Assembly: GCF_963676685.1 (NCBI RefSeq)
Contig: NC_092351.1
Span: forward strand, 36,890,001-36,954,000
Length of the DNA: 64,000 bases
Source: Mytilus edulis
Taxonomy: Eukaryota
Direction of reading: 5' to 3'
Position numbers and translations under genes: made by a program. Within the stretch, counting starts at the first letter, position 1. Each line of letters starts with the position of its first letter. The notes under the pieces are model-generated. The model ran no database searches and had not been told where the DNA came from. It saw only the letters and a list, made by a program, of their open reading frames with translations. This document shows positions 1 through 12,480 of this stretch, one piece after another.

Positions 1-474
1 TTTATCTCTATCTATAATAATATTCAAGATAATAACCAAAAACATCAAAATTTTCTCAAAATTACCAATTCAGGGGCAGCAACCCAACAACGGGTTGTCC
101 GATTCATCTGACAATTTCAGGGCAGATAGATCTTGACCTGATAAACAATTTTACCCCTGTCAGATTTGCTCTAAATGCTTTGGTTTTTGAGTTATAAGCC
201 AAAAACTGCATTTTAACCCTATGTTCTATTTTTAGCCATGGCGGCCATCTTGGTTGGTTGGGCGGGTCACCGGACACAATTTTTAAACTAGATACCCTAA
301 TAAAGATTTTGGCCATGTTTGGTTAAATTTGGCCCAGCAGTTTCAGAGGAGAAGATTTTTGTAAAAGTTAACGACGACGGACGCAGGACGACGGACGACG
401 ACGGACGACGACGGACGCCGGACGCCAAGTGATGAGAAAAGCTCACTTGGCCCTTTGGGCCAGGTGAGCTAAAA
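1..474 (-). mobile_element. Helentron-associated non-autonomous element (HINE-like), family A, 5' part
   Basis: Reverse complement of TTTTAGCTCACCTGGCCC..GGGCCAAGTGAGC, then a (CGT)n microsatellite and the core repeat; same family as 6310-8109. Confidence 0.75.
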
Positions 475-987
475 ATCTAATCAAATTGAGAAAGGAAATG
501 GCGAATATGTCAAAGCGACAACCACCCGACCATAGAGCAAACAACAGCCGAAGGCAACCAATGGGTCTTCAATGTAGCGAGGATTCCCGCACCCGTAGGT
601 GTCCTTCAGCTGGCCCCTAAAATATGCATAATAGTACAGTGATAATGGACGTCATACTAAACTCCGAATTATACACAAGAAACTAAAATTTAAAATCATA
701 CAAGACTAACAAAGGCCAGAGGCTCCTGACTTGGGACAGGCGCAAAATTGCGGCGGGGTTAAACATGTTTATGAGATCTCAACCCTCCCCCTATACCTCT
801 AGCCAATGTAGAAAAGTAAAAGAATAACAATACGCACATTAAAATTCAGTTCAAGAGAAGTCCGAGTCTGATGTCAAAAGATGTAACAAAAGAAAATAAA
901 TAAAATGACAATAATACATAAATAACAACAGACTACTAGCAGTTAACTGACAAGCCAGCTCCAGACCTCAATTAAACTGATTGAAAG

Positions 988-1078
988 ATTATGTCTTCAT
1001 CATATGAATATCAGGTACAATCCCTCCCGTTAGGGGTTTAGTATCATACTATCATAAAATATATGAGAAGAACATAAC
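988..1078 (-). promoter_or_regulatory. SECIS element (type II) in the 3' UTR of the PLE
   Basis: Minus strand: helix I TTATGTTCTTCTCATAT/ATATGATGAAGACATAA; core ATGA (1055-1052) with TGA (1013-1011); helix II AGTATGATACT/GGGATTGTACC; unpaired AAA (1039-1037); apical mini-stem CCC/GGG. Confidence 0.82.
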
Positions 1079-1119
1079 CCGTGTCATGCCAACAACTGTT
1101 TTTTTAGAAATAAATGTGT

Positions 1120-4100
1120 TTAGTTCCGATGCAAAGACCCTATCAGTGAATCAATGTTAAAGCCAAAATATGCAATCTTTAATGACCTGACAACAGTATC
1201 GTAACTATATCCCCTTTTAATAAGTCTATTTAAAGGTTTTGTTAGTTTCTGAGGAGAATACTGACATTTTTGTGCTTTATAAAGAATATTTCCATAAAAT
1301 TTTGGATGTGAAATACCTGAACGTATAAGATGTCTGCATGTTGAGTTATATTTACGAATTATTTCCTTATACCGGTGATAAAATTTAGTAAATGTTTTGA
1401 CCAGTTTGTGATATCGAAAACCCTGGTGTAATAATTTTTCAGTAATACATAAATTTCTCTCGCTAAAATCTAATACATTGTTACATACACGAGCGAATCG
1501 TACAAGTTGAGATATATAAACACCATAAGATGGTGACAAGGGAACGTCACCATCTAAAAATGGATAATTAACAATAGGAAATGAAAAATCATCTCTTTTA
1601 TCATAAATTTTTGTATTAAGCTTCCCGTTTATGATATAGATATCAAGATCGAGGAAAGGGCAGTGGTCATTGTTATCATTAGCTTTATTTAAAGTAAGTT
1701 CTACAGGATAAATTTCTTTAGTATACATACTGAAGTCGTCATTATTTAGAGCCAATATATCATCCAAATATCTAAAAGTATTGTTAAATTTTTGTATCAA
1801 ATGTTGTTTTGATGGGTCTTTGCTAATTTTAGTCATAAATTGTAACTCATAACAATACAAAAACAGGTCCGCAATAAGTGGTGCACAGTTAGTCCCCATT
1901 GGAATTCCAATAACTTGACGATATACGGAATCTCCAAAGCGAACAAAAATGTTATCAAGTAAAAATTCAAGTGCATAAATAGTATCAAAGCATGTCCAAT
2001 TGACATAGTTCTTTTGTTTATTGCTACTAAAAAATGATCTAAAAGAGTTTGAACATATGTACTCGCATTCCGACTTTTTAAATGCCCAGTTAATTAGGGA
2101 TGTGAATTTTTTCTTAATAAGAATATGAGGCAAAGTGGTATATAGGGTAGAAAAATCAAAACTTTGAACAGATTCAAAATCACCAATATATGCATGCAAT
2201 TTATCAAGTACTTCCAACGAGTTTTTGACACTCCAAAAGTAATTAATTCCACTATTTTCAAAGGCCTTATTTGAACAATTTATTATCAGGTTTTTTATTG
2301 TACCAAGTGTACTAGTAAGTAAAACAGACAATTTAGTAGTTGAACAATGGCTGGAAGATGAAATAAATCTATATTTGTAAGGTTTTTTGTGCAGCTTCGG
2401 AAGCCAGTACATAGTTGGGACTTTCATTGTGTTTGGTTCTGCTTGTAAAGAAGTAGCTAAAAGTTTATGTTTGTTACAGATGTCGTTTTCTGAAAATGAA
2501 GTCAGTTGGAATGTTGGTGAATTCGTGATTTCCTTTTGCAGAACCTCTATATAAAATTTACGTCAAACAATAATGATATTATTAGCAGCTTTATCAGCCG
2601 GGACAAAAACAAATTCCTTGGCTAGTTCTGTTAGTTTATTTTTGATACGCGAAATAGGGTTTTTATAGTTTTTGTTGAGGGTAAAATGTTCTTTAAAATG
2701 TTGTATTCGAATATCAACTATCTTCATTACTGAATTAAAAAAAGAGTCCAAAGATTTTTTGTCAGCTTTTTCCCGTTTTACCCATTTCAAACAGTAGGCG
2801 CGGAGTGAGTCGTTGATGATATTACGACACTCATTCCAGTTAATAGTTGACGGGGGACGATATTTAGGTCCTTTACTGAGGAATGATTTTAACTCTCGGT
2901 CGCGAACGATGTTAAGGTCTCCTGTTATAACATGGGAAATTGGTCCATAGGTGTATTCTGAATTACTGCAATTACACGACATAGGTGTATTTTCAGTGAT
3001 ATTTACATCTTTACACAATTGGCTATAATTAAACACATATTTTCGGGTAGATTTCTTGTAAATATAACAAATGAGAGGGAGTTCAGTATTATCAAAATAT
3101 CCAGGAATTTGGTCTTTAACAGAATGGTCGTTAAAAATACCGGCAATATTTACAAAATCAAAACCTTTATTGACATACTTTATTTTAATAAAATGTTTTT
3201 TATGATCTTCAGGGCGATCAATTTTTGGAAACATGTTAGAATAACAATATGCCATTATAATTTGGACAATTTCATACTTAGGACTGTAATATGAAATTGT
3301 GTTGCAATCCTCTAAAATTTTATTTAATTTATTTATAGGTAAAGAACAAAGCTTGGTTAACAGATAATGTCTGCCGTTGTTTTTTGAAATGGAAATTAGG
3401 TCCGAAATATTTGTATGGTTGGTCCGAAATTTTCTTTGATTGCGATTTTTTCTGCGTCCATGAGAACGATTTTTACGAACAGTTTTAGAAACTATATCCA
3501 AAATGTTAACAGAATCGGTTCTTGATATATTGCCAATTCCCATGATATTATCATTAAGACCGAGAGGGTAGACTGTCTGTAATTTTTTAATCCAATTTAA
3601 TTCATTTATTTTTCGTGATCGTACAAACTTGGAATGAGATTCACCAGGCTGCTTATTTACTACTTCTAAAGGTTGAACTGTTAAATATTTAATAGGATGA
3701 CTGTGCTTCTTAAGATGTTGATAAATGATACTTTTGAATTTATTGGGTCTTTTAAAACGATACAGGTGTTCTTGCGTGCGTTTAGATAAATATCGCCCAG
3801 TTTCACCTACGTACTGAATACCGCATCCCGGTTTGTTTCATGTGAGTAAATAAATAATACTGTTTGTTTTTCAAGTAATATCAGTTTCAAAATTTAGAGA
3901 AAATGTGCGACCATTAAATGTGGACCTTACTGTATTGTTGGTGGAAAGACGGGGACATGTAAGTCATTTTTTGGCATGACACTTATCGATAGAAGGGTAA
4001 CCACGATTTTTATTGTTGAAAACGTTAGCTATAGTAGTATTTTTAGATAAGCGATTCTGAAGATTGAGACGTGTAGATACCCTTTGAACGAGTTTAGTAT

Positions 4101-4128
4101 TTAATATTTTTCCATTTCTAAGCTTCAT
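1120..4128 (-). CDS. PLE polyprotein (GIY-YIG endonuclease + reverse transcriptase), 1002 aa with 4 in-frame TGA read as putative selenocysteine
   Basis: Manual translation joins ORFs 3964-4167, 2563-3543 and 1120-2427 in one frame: KCHAKK*LTCPRL..DIT*KTNSIIYLLT*NKPGCGIQYVGETGRYLSKRTQEH..ELNWIKKLQTVYPLGLND (GIY-YIG), then VPADKAANNIIIV*RKFY..MYWLPKLHK..FDFSTLYT..GIPMGTNCAP..RYLDD..FLDL (RT). TGA at 3964-3966, 3871-3873, 3838-3840 and 2563-2565; terminal TAA. Confidence 0.9.
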
Positions 4129-4357
4129 ATTTGTTTTTTGGTATGTAGATTTATTACAAAGGAGCAAAGACTGGCGTCCAGAATATGAACCATCACACAG
4201 TAGATTAAATTGTGTAAAAATGATAAAACTGTTCGGCTCAAGACGTCAAATGCTTATTGTCATAAGTTACCCGACAAATTTAACAAAAGATAGGGTATAT
4301 CAAGGTAGCGACTGACGTCTGACTAAATAGATGAATGGGGCTGAATTGATAGATATT

Positions 4358-5204
4358 CCTAAGTACATTTTTAGATTCAGCATATCAAAGAACCCCAAGG
4401 ATTCAATTTTTGTTAAAATCAAACTAAGTTTAATTTTGGACCCTTTGGACCTTAATGTAGATAAATTTTTGATGAAATCAAACAAAGTTCAATTTTTGGA
4501 CCCTTTGGGCCCCTTATTCCTAAAAACCTGTTGGGACCAAAACTCCCAAAATCTATCCCAACCGTTCTTTTGTGGTCATAAACCTTGTGTCAAAATTTCA
4601 TAGATTTCTATTAACTTAAACTAAAGTTATAGTGCAAAAACCAAGAAAATGCTTATTTGGGCCCTTTTTGGCCCTTAATTCCTAAAATGTTGGGACCAAA
4701 ACTCCCAAAATCAATCTCAACCTTCCTTTTGTGGTCATAAACCTTGTGTTTAAATTTCATTGATTTCTATTTACTTATACTAAAGTTATTGTGCGAAAAC
4801 CAAGAATAATGCTTATTTGGGCCCTTTTTTGGCCCCTAATTCCTAAACTATTTGAACTAAAACTCCCAAAATCAATCCCAACCTTCCTTTTGTGGTCATA
4901 AACCTTGTGTCAAAATTTCATAGATTTCTATTTACTTAAACTAAAGTTATAGTGCGAAAACCAAGAAAATGCTTATTTGGGCCCTTTTTGGCCCCTAATT
5001 CCTAAAATTTTGGGACCAAAACTCCCAAAATCAATCCCAACCTTCCTTTTGTGGTTATAAACCTTGTGTTAAAATTTCATAGATTTCTATTCACTTTTAA
5101 TAAAGTTTAGAGTGCGAAAACTAAAAGTATTCGGACGACGACGACGACGCCAACGTGATAGCAATAAACAACGAAAAATTAAAATTTTTGCGGTCGTATA
5201 AAAA
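4358..5204 (-). mobile_element. HINE-like element, family B, truncated
   Basis: Reverse copy of the 14535 element: TTTTTATACGACCGCA end, (CGT)n and about 150-bp tandem core units. Confidence 0.7.
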
Positions 5205-5821
5205 TCAATACAAGTCAGATCAATCAAGTAATTGCCATATATATAGAAAATTGATATTCATTTCAAATAATCCAACAAAAAATATTTGATCTTCGTACAG
5301 TGTAATGAAAAGATTACAAACTTGAGATGAATAACATAGTAAATCATAGTCAAATAAGAATTAGTAGTTTTATGAATAAATCAGATATATAAGAGACGAA
5401 TGTCTATATAATTTCTTTTGTCTTTGCCTTTTTATAGGAAAAGACAAGAAACTGCTAAGTAATACTGTGCTTCATTCATTATTAAAATAAGGAAAGGTTA
5501 AACAAAAAACAAAAATATCTTCAACTCAATTATACATTTATAGGCAAAATAAATACATTTGTGTCTGCTAAAGCTACCAACCCAAATCTTAAGTGCCTAC
5601 CCTTACACTTTTTTACCATTTTGGAACAATCACTGTTAAAGTCAGACTGATTCCCTAGTAGTAACCAGCTAAAAAAAAATTGTAAAATAAAATGATATTG
5701 CCTATCTACCATCCCTACATGTTTACATCATGTTAGCAGAAACTCAAGTATTTATTATTATTTTTTTGTTGTATGAGAAAAGCAAGTTTTCTTAAGATCC
5801 TCTAATCGAGACCCTTTATTA

Positions 5822-6031
<210 letters not shown>

Positions 6032-6309
6032 TTAATTATTCTGATACATTTCAAAACCATACAATTTATTAAACGAATTTGAAATGCATACTGAATTAAA
6101 ATCCTTTAATATATTTTTATTTTTGTAGGCTAATGGTGGTAGTATACTATCGATATTATCTTTCCATAAAGCTTTTGAGATCTGCACAAGAAATCCTGAG
6201 ATCACTATATTATCTGTTCAAGTATCTGTAATATGTCCATAGGTATCAGCCAATTGATTACAGATGAAAGAAAAATCGATTGCAAAAAGCATACAATGTA
6301 GTTGTTTCA

Positions 6310-8109
6310 TTTTTAGCTCACCTGGCCCGAAGGGCCAATGAGCTTTTCCCATCACTTGGCGTCCGGCGTCCAGCGTCGTCGTCGTCCGTCGTCGTTAACT
6401 TTTACAAAAATCTTCTCCTCTGAAACTACTGGGCCAAATTAAACCAAACTTGGCCACAATCATCATTGGGGTATCTAGTTTAAAAAATGTGTGGCGTGAC
6501 CCGGCCAACCAACCAAAATGGCCGCCATGGCTAAAAATAGAACATAGGGGTAAAATGCAGTTTTTGGCTTATAACTCAAAAACCGAAGCATTTAGAGCAA
6601 ATCTGACATGGGGTAAAATTGTTTATCAGGTCAAGATCTATCTGCCCTCAAATTTTCAGATGAATCTGACAACCCGTTATTGGGTTGCTGCCCCTGAACT
6701 GGTAATTTTAGGGAATTTTTGCTGTTTTTGGCTATTATCTTGAATATTATTATAAATAGAGATAAACTGTAGATAGCAATAATGTTCAGCAAAGTAAGAT
6801 TTACAAATAAGTCAACATGACCAAAATGGTCAGTTGACCCCTTTAGGAGTTATTGACCTTTATAGTCAATTTTTAACCATTTTTCGTAAATCTTAGTAAT
6901 CTTTTACAAAAATCTTCTCCTCTGAAACTACTGGGCCAAATTAATCCATACTTGGCCACAATCATCTTTGGGATATCTAGTTTAAAAAATGTGTGGCGTG
7001 ACCCGGCCAACCAACCAACATGGCCGCCATGGCTAAAAATAGAACATAGTGGTAAAATGCAGTTTTTGGCTTATAACTCAAAAACCAAAGCATTTAGAGC
7101 AAATCTGACATGCGGTAAAAGTGTTAATCAGGTCACGATCTACCTGTCCTGAAATTTTCAGATGAATCGGATAACCTGTTGTTGGGTTGCTGCCCCTGAA
7201 TTGGTAATTTTAAGGAAATTTACTGTTTTTGGTTATTATCTTGAATATTATTATAGATAGAGATAAACGGTAAACAGCATTAATGTTCAGCAAAGTAAGA
7301 TTTACAAATAAGTCAGCATGACCAAAATGGTCAGTTGACCCCTGAAGGAGTTATTGCCCTTTATAGTCAATTTTTAACCATTTTTTCGTAAATCTTAGTA
7401 ATCTTTTACAAAAATCTTCTTCTCTGAAACTACTGGGCCAAATTAAACTAAGCTTTGCCACAATCATCATTGGGGTAATTTGTTTAAAAAATGTGTGGCG
7501 TGACCTGGCCAATCAACCAAAATGGCTGCCACGGCTAATAATAGAACATAGGTGTAAAATGCAGTTGTATGGCTTATAACTCAAAAACCAAAGCATTAAG
7601 AGAAAATCTGACAGGGTTTAATTGTTTATCAGGTCAAGATCTATCTGCCCTGATGTTTTCACATGGATCGGACAACCCGTTGTTAGGTTACTGTCCTTAA
7701 TTGGTAATTTTAAGGAAATTTTGCCGTTTTTTGTTATTATCTTGAATATTATTATAGATAGAGATAAACTGTATACAGCAATAACGTTCAGCAAAATAAG
7801 ATCTACAAATAAGTTTACATGACCAAAATAGTCCATTGACCCCTTAAGGAGTTATTGCCCTTTATAGTTAATTTTTAACATTTTTCATAAATTTTTGTAA
7901 ATTTGTAGAAAATATTTTCCACTGTAATTACTGGGCCAAGTTCATTATAGACAAGAGATATTTGTAGCAACAAGAATGTTCAGTAAAGTAAGATCTACAA
8001 ACACATCACTATCACCAAAACACAATTATGTCATGAATTTATCTGTGTCCATTATTTAATATGCACAAGACCAAGGTGAGCGACACAGGCTCTTTAGAGC
8101 CTCTAGTTT
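6310..8109 (+). mobile_element. HINE-like element, family A, complete
   Basis: 5' subTIR GCTCACCTGG with hairpin, (CGT)n, about 500-bp tandem cores, 3' CCAAGGTGAGC plus hairpin AGGCTCTTTAGAGCCT, ending CTAGTTT in a T run. Confidence 0.78.
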
Positions 8110-8496
8110 AATAACACTTTCATTTTTCTAAAAACACCTTTCATCCCCTTCCTATGCCATATATTTTTTCTTCCTTTTGTTATTGTAATCATTTAATGTA
8201 TTTTGTTATATATTTATTTGTTTGCTATTCAGCATGTTTTCATAGCTTGTAATTTTATTTTTGAATTTAGGGAGACAGATTTGTATAAGAACACTGTTTC
8301 CTAATCCCAATTATTGAATCGTTTGTATATTTCGTATTTATCTCAATACCCATATATAACAATTTCTTTAATAAAATATGTTAACAATAAAAAGTGTGTT
8401 CTATAGGAGTTTTTCTGTAGGATATAGTACGCTGTCAAATTAAATGCTACAGTACTTTTTTTTTTAAATTTCTGTGACTACAATGTATATGCATAC

Positions 8497-8551
8497 CTTT
8501 GCTGAAAGACTAGTTGGAAACTCTGCTTCAAATCTGTTACTTAGACCAAAT
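8497..8551 (-). CDS. CHIC2: CHIC family, coding exon 2
   Basis: (I)FGLSNRFEAEFPTSLSAK; phase matches exons 1 and 3. Confidence 0.9.
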
Positions 8552-8669
8552 CTGCATAAAAAATATACACTATATATATGACAAATGAGATAAAAAAAAC
8601 ATTTTTAAGTTGAATCTTTTAAATTGTTTTACCAGATGTTAGATACCAGTTAACTTCACAACTTATGTG

Positions 8670-8928
8670 CCTGTAATTCAGTGGTTGTGGTTTGTTTATA
8701 TGTTACATATGTTTTTCATTTATTTTTTGTACATAAATAAGGCCGTTAGTTTTCTCGTTTGAATTGTTTTATGTTGTCATTTCAGGGCCTTTGCGGTATG
8801 GGCTTTGCTTATTGTTGAAGGCCTTACTGTGACCTATAGTTGTTAATTTTTGTGTCATTTTGGTCTCTTGTGGAGCATGTGGAGAGCTGTCTCATTGGCA
8901 AACATACCCCATCTTCTTTATCTTCTAT
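8670..8928 (+). repeat. Short dispersed repeat, probable 3' tail of a PLE family
   Basis: Homologous in reverse orientation to 18490-18730, 19711-19803 and 57043-57217/62373-62520. Confidence 0.6.
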
Positions 8929-9463
8929 ATGTTAAAATTCATAGACTTATTTCTTTTGACCTTTTTGTAGACCTAACACTTGTTTTTTTTGCAACAGGTA
9001 AAATGTGTAAAGATCAGATACTAACTTCAGTAGTTTGAAAGCTTTTATGTTAGGAACGAAAAAAGTTAATCTAAACGGAAAGTTCTAGCCTTCCATTCTA
9101 TGGCCCTGTTTACTGCAAAACAATTGCTCATTGTTGAAGACTGTACAGAAACATACAGTTGCGTACATCTGAAACATTTGAACAATTTCATTGGCAATCA
9201 TAACACATTTCCCCATTTTGTATCAAAACTGTATTGAAGGTGAATCCGAAATACAATGCATACACTAAAACCATGAAAACTGTAAAACTTTAATAACTAT
9301 ATAGCTAACATCATCATCATCAACTGACTAATGTAAGAACTCCTGTTCTTATGATCAAAGCAGACTTACTGACTGGAAGTAAGTACACTAGTAACAATTT
9401 ACAACATTGTGAAAGCACAATAATCATCTCATACATAGATAGTTTGCTATTGTTACAAGTTGA

Positions 9464-9719
9464 GGCCACAATTAAAAATATTTTGGTTTGCCCAAACTCT
9501 ACCCAAAGGTTGAGACAGTGGGTAGGTAAATGTAGGTAGGCATTTTTATTTTATTTTTTTTAAAAGAGAAATTGAATTATCAGGTGTTTATTAGTCTTCA
9601 TGCCTTATCTGATTAAAAAAAAACATCTTCAAATCAGGACAATAAAAGAATTTGAGTAGGCAGCTTTTTTCTGGGTAGGTATAGCGTTTGGGCAAACAAA
9701 CCTATTCTTTTTTATGGCC
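9464..9719. mobile_element. PIF/Harbinger-like MITE
   Basis: GGCCA..TGGCC termini with 3-bp TSD TGA; inverted sister copy at 53248-53496. Confidence 0.75.
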
Positions 9720-10494
9720 TGAGGCAGAGAGACTTCCCTTTTTTAGCCATGTTTATGATGTTGGAGGTCATTGTTATACATTTGTCATTTCCATGGCTTT
9801 TGATATATATCTTATTATTACATTAGATGTATGTTTCATTATAATGTGTGATAAGTCGGCCGTGTTTCCATTTCTTTTAAATATACAATTCCTTGCTGAT
9901 AGTGATACATATAGATTCTACGTTTTAAATATTTAAAATTTAACTGTCAAGAGTGGATAAATATCGTATTGCACGAGATTTGGTGGTGGAAATTATCTGT
10001 TCTCTAATGATTTTCTAACATTATGCAGGCAAACTTATTCCTTCTTTTTGAATGATCTGCAAAAAGATGTGTCTTTCTTTGTGACGTCATCAGGCATGAT
10101 CGCCTTTTTTCATGCCGTCACAATAGGAAATTCAGAGGAAAGCAAGAAAATTTGACGTTATAATCAGATTTAAACCAATGAAGTACTGAGATCAAATGAA
10201 CCACATGTTGATTAAATTTTTTTTATACAAAGGGTGCAGAAATTAAAGGGATAAATTGAAGAAGAATTAGACAATGTTTAAGAGTACACAATGTGTAAAG
10301 GCTTATAAATGATAATATGACTAGATAAAGCTTCTTGTGTCACTGTTACTGTTTTGATTTGATTTTTTGTTTTCTGTTGCATCATGTCTTTGTTTACTGT
10401 ACATGTATCGACATCACTGTTGTGAAAATGAAAACAGGATAACAAAAAAATTACTTCATAGAAAATTATATGAATGAACAATATTTTTTCATAC

Positions 10495-10610
10495 ATTGTC
10501 ACATTTCCAGCTCCTCTAATTATGATAGGATCAGGTAAATTCACAACAACTTCAGCTGGAATAGGTGGTTCATCGTCATTTTCTTCGTAAATAGTATCGA
10601 AGTCTGCCAT
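10495..10610 (-). CDS. CHIC2: CHIC family, coding exon 1
   Basis: MADFDTIYEENDDEPPIPAEVVVNLPDPIIIRGAGNVT resembles the CHIC2 N-terminus (MADFDEIYEE..PDPVVVRGSGHVT); GT donor, phase 2. Confidence 0.9.
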
Positions 10611-11867
10611 TGTTTGACATTTGTATGCGAAGAACGTAAACCCTCATGGATTGATGACGTTTTCCCGTAATCTTCTTCTAAGGGAAGTAACTCTATCAAG
10701 AAAAAAAAGTTAGAATTGCGGGAAATATAATATTTTTCCTCTTTCTTCATTTATAAATTATTTCTGAAGATTTGTAATTGATTCTTGAAGTTATATTTAT
10801 AATTTTGATTTGGAATGAATAATGGATACAAATATAAAGCCAAAAGAGTTAGCAATTACTTGATAATACATTCATATTTATAACACCAAGGATTTGTATA
10901 GTAACTATACAAATGAGTCACAAATCCTTGATAACACCAGAGACAAATATATACACGGGTATATATGTCTCTGGTGTTATAACACATACAGGGCGAAGTG
11001 AAACCTGCCTGGGACTATTATGCAGTATGAATTTAAAGTCCCAGGCAATAACTATGATAAATTTGATTTGCAAAATCAGTAATTATGTTAAAATAGTCAT
11101 AGATTTCCCGTAGAATATAGCAATTTTGTTTTAAAAATTCATATTTTATTTACAAAACCACTAAACATTATTGATTCATTATTCTTAGGGATTTTGTAAA
11201 ATTTCTAATTAGCTGTTTACCATATACTGTTGCTTGCTTAACTTCCATCTGATGTTATCCGATAGGGGATAGTTGTCTTATTTGAAATGATATCACATCT
11301 CCATTTTTTTATCATTAAGAAACCCAAGCACATTTGTTTTAAAATCAATCAATCAATCAATCAATCTGAGTAAATAATGCTTTGTATGTACACATGTTTT
11401 TAAACCACAATGATATAAAAAAAAATATGCCGGTGTGAAATTTTGACAAAGTTTGGTAGAGGTTAAGATAAAATAAGATTTATTCTAACAATGTTGGGCC
11501 CCGGTGGACATAGAATTATAATAAAGAAAGTAAATCCAAAAAAATAACAGAATATATGTATCAACATCAAATTACAGACAAATTATACATTTAATTAAAG
11601 ATGTTACAGCTGGGAAGAAGTTAAATATGATCAAACAATCAATCGATCACTCAATCAATCATTTAATTATTAAATCAGATTTCAAAATAAATGAATGAAA
11701 TCAATGATGTGTATCATATGATAAGAGGATATAGGATCCAAACAAGGGTCGTATCGTGGGTAGCTGTGCGTTGCTGTTTAAATTTTCTTTTCGGTCCATG
11801 GGTGGATGTTGGAACTCCTCGGAAGTTTTCGATCAGTTTGTAAAAGTTCGCCAAATTGAAGACAACG

Positions 11868-11976
11868 ATGAAGAAAGTTGTGTGTTTCTTTTATGTTGTT
11901 TATTCATTTTTGAAGATTTATATTTATGGTGCTTTTGCACTATTAAGACAAATATTACAGACACATAAAAAAGAAG
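11868..11976 (+). CDS. DHRSX: SDR-family dehydrogenase/reductase (DHRSX-like), exon 1
   Basis: MKKVVCFFYVVYSFLKIYIYGAFALLRQIL resembles the hydrophobic N-terminus of DHRSX; G|GTAATT donor, phase 1. Confidence 0.72.
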
Positions 11977-12210
11977 GTAATTTCATTGAATGTTATGACT
12001 TGTGTTATTTTAATCAGATGAGAGCAACCTGGGAACAGGAACGCAACAAAATCAACTCTAGATCATACTGGTAATTTTTGGTGCATGACGAAATGTACTC
12101 TTTCTTTGAGACAATGAAAAATTGGCTGTTTTTGACAAATTATGTCTATATTTTCAATATATTAACATTAACCGTAACGATAATAATTTGAGACCTCTGA
12201 CAAATCGTGA

Positions 12211-12480
12211 GAGAGCCGTAGTTTAGTGGTTAGTGCATCGGACTACTAACATAAAGGTTCCTGGTTCGATTCCTGTACCGGGAAAAAAATTCAGGGACTG
12301 AATGATAGTCCATCGGAAGGGGACGATAAATGTCTGACCCGTGTTTAGAGAGAGCCATATATCTTGTACGTTAAAGACACCCTTGTAGATTTTGAAAAAG
12401 AGCAGGCTTATCCCGCTACAAGGCAGCACTTGCACCCATAAAGTGGAAAGTGATTAATATAAGTTGCAAACTTGTTTCCT
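12211..12480 (+). mobile_element. tRNA-derived SINE with Deu/Nin-like central domain
   Basis: A-box TAGTTTAGTGG and B-box GGTTCGATTCC, followed by CGGAAGGGGACGATAAA..GTACGTTAAAGACACCC. Confidence 0.65.

Larger units (their letters stand above)
483..4330 (-). mobile_element. Penelope-like retroelement with N-terminal GIY-YIG endonuclease (Naiad-type), near full length
   Basis: EN-RT ORF, SECIS-like hairpin and a 3' tail also found as short copies elsewhere in the window. The 5' boundary is uncertain because it abuts a truncated HINE at about 4358. Confidence 0.9.

Noticed and set aside
104-316. Recurring ~66-97 aa ORFs (WPPWLKIEHRGKMQF..) at 104, 6450, 6952, 37396, 37898 and 40951
   Set aside because: Incidental translation of the HINE core repeat, with variable starts and stops and no domain.
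2563-3966. Reading the PLE as a pseudogene with nonsense mutations, or as using an alternative genetic code
   Set aside because: All internal stops are TGA at Cys positions and a SECIS is present. Neighbouring nuclear genes such as DHRSX use TGA as a normal stop.
483-4330. Hammerhead ribozyme or pseudo-LTR of the PLE
   Set aside because: No CUGANGA..GAAA core or terminal direct repeat was found by eye in either UTR; a covariance search would be needed.
12211-12285. Functional tRNA gene
   Set aside because: The stems do not pair well and the sequence continues into a SINE body.
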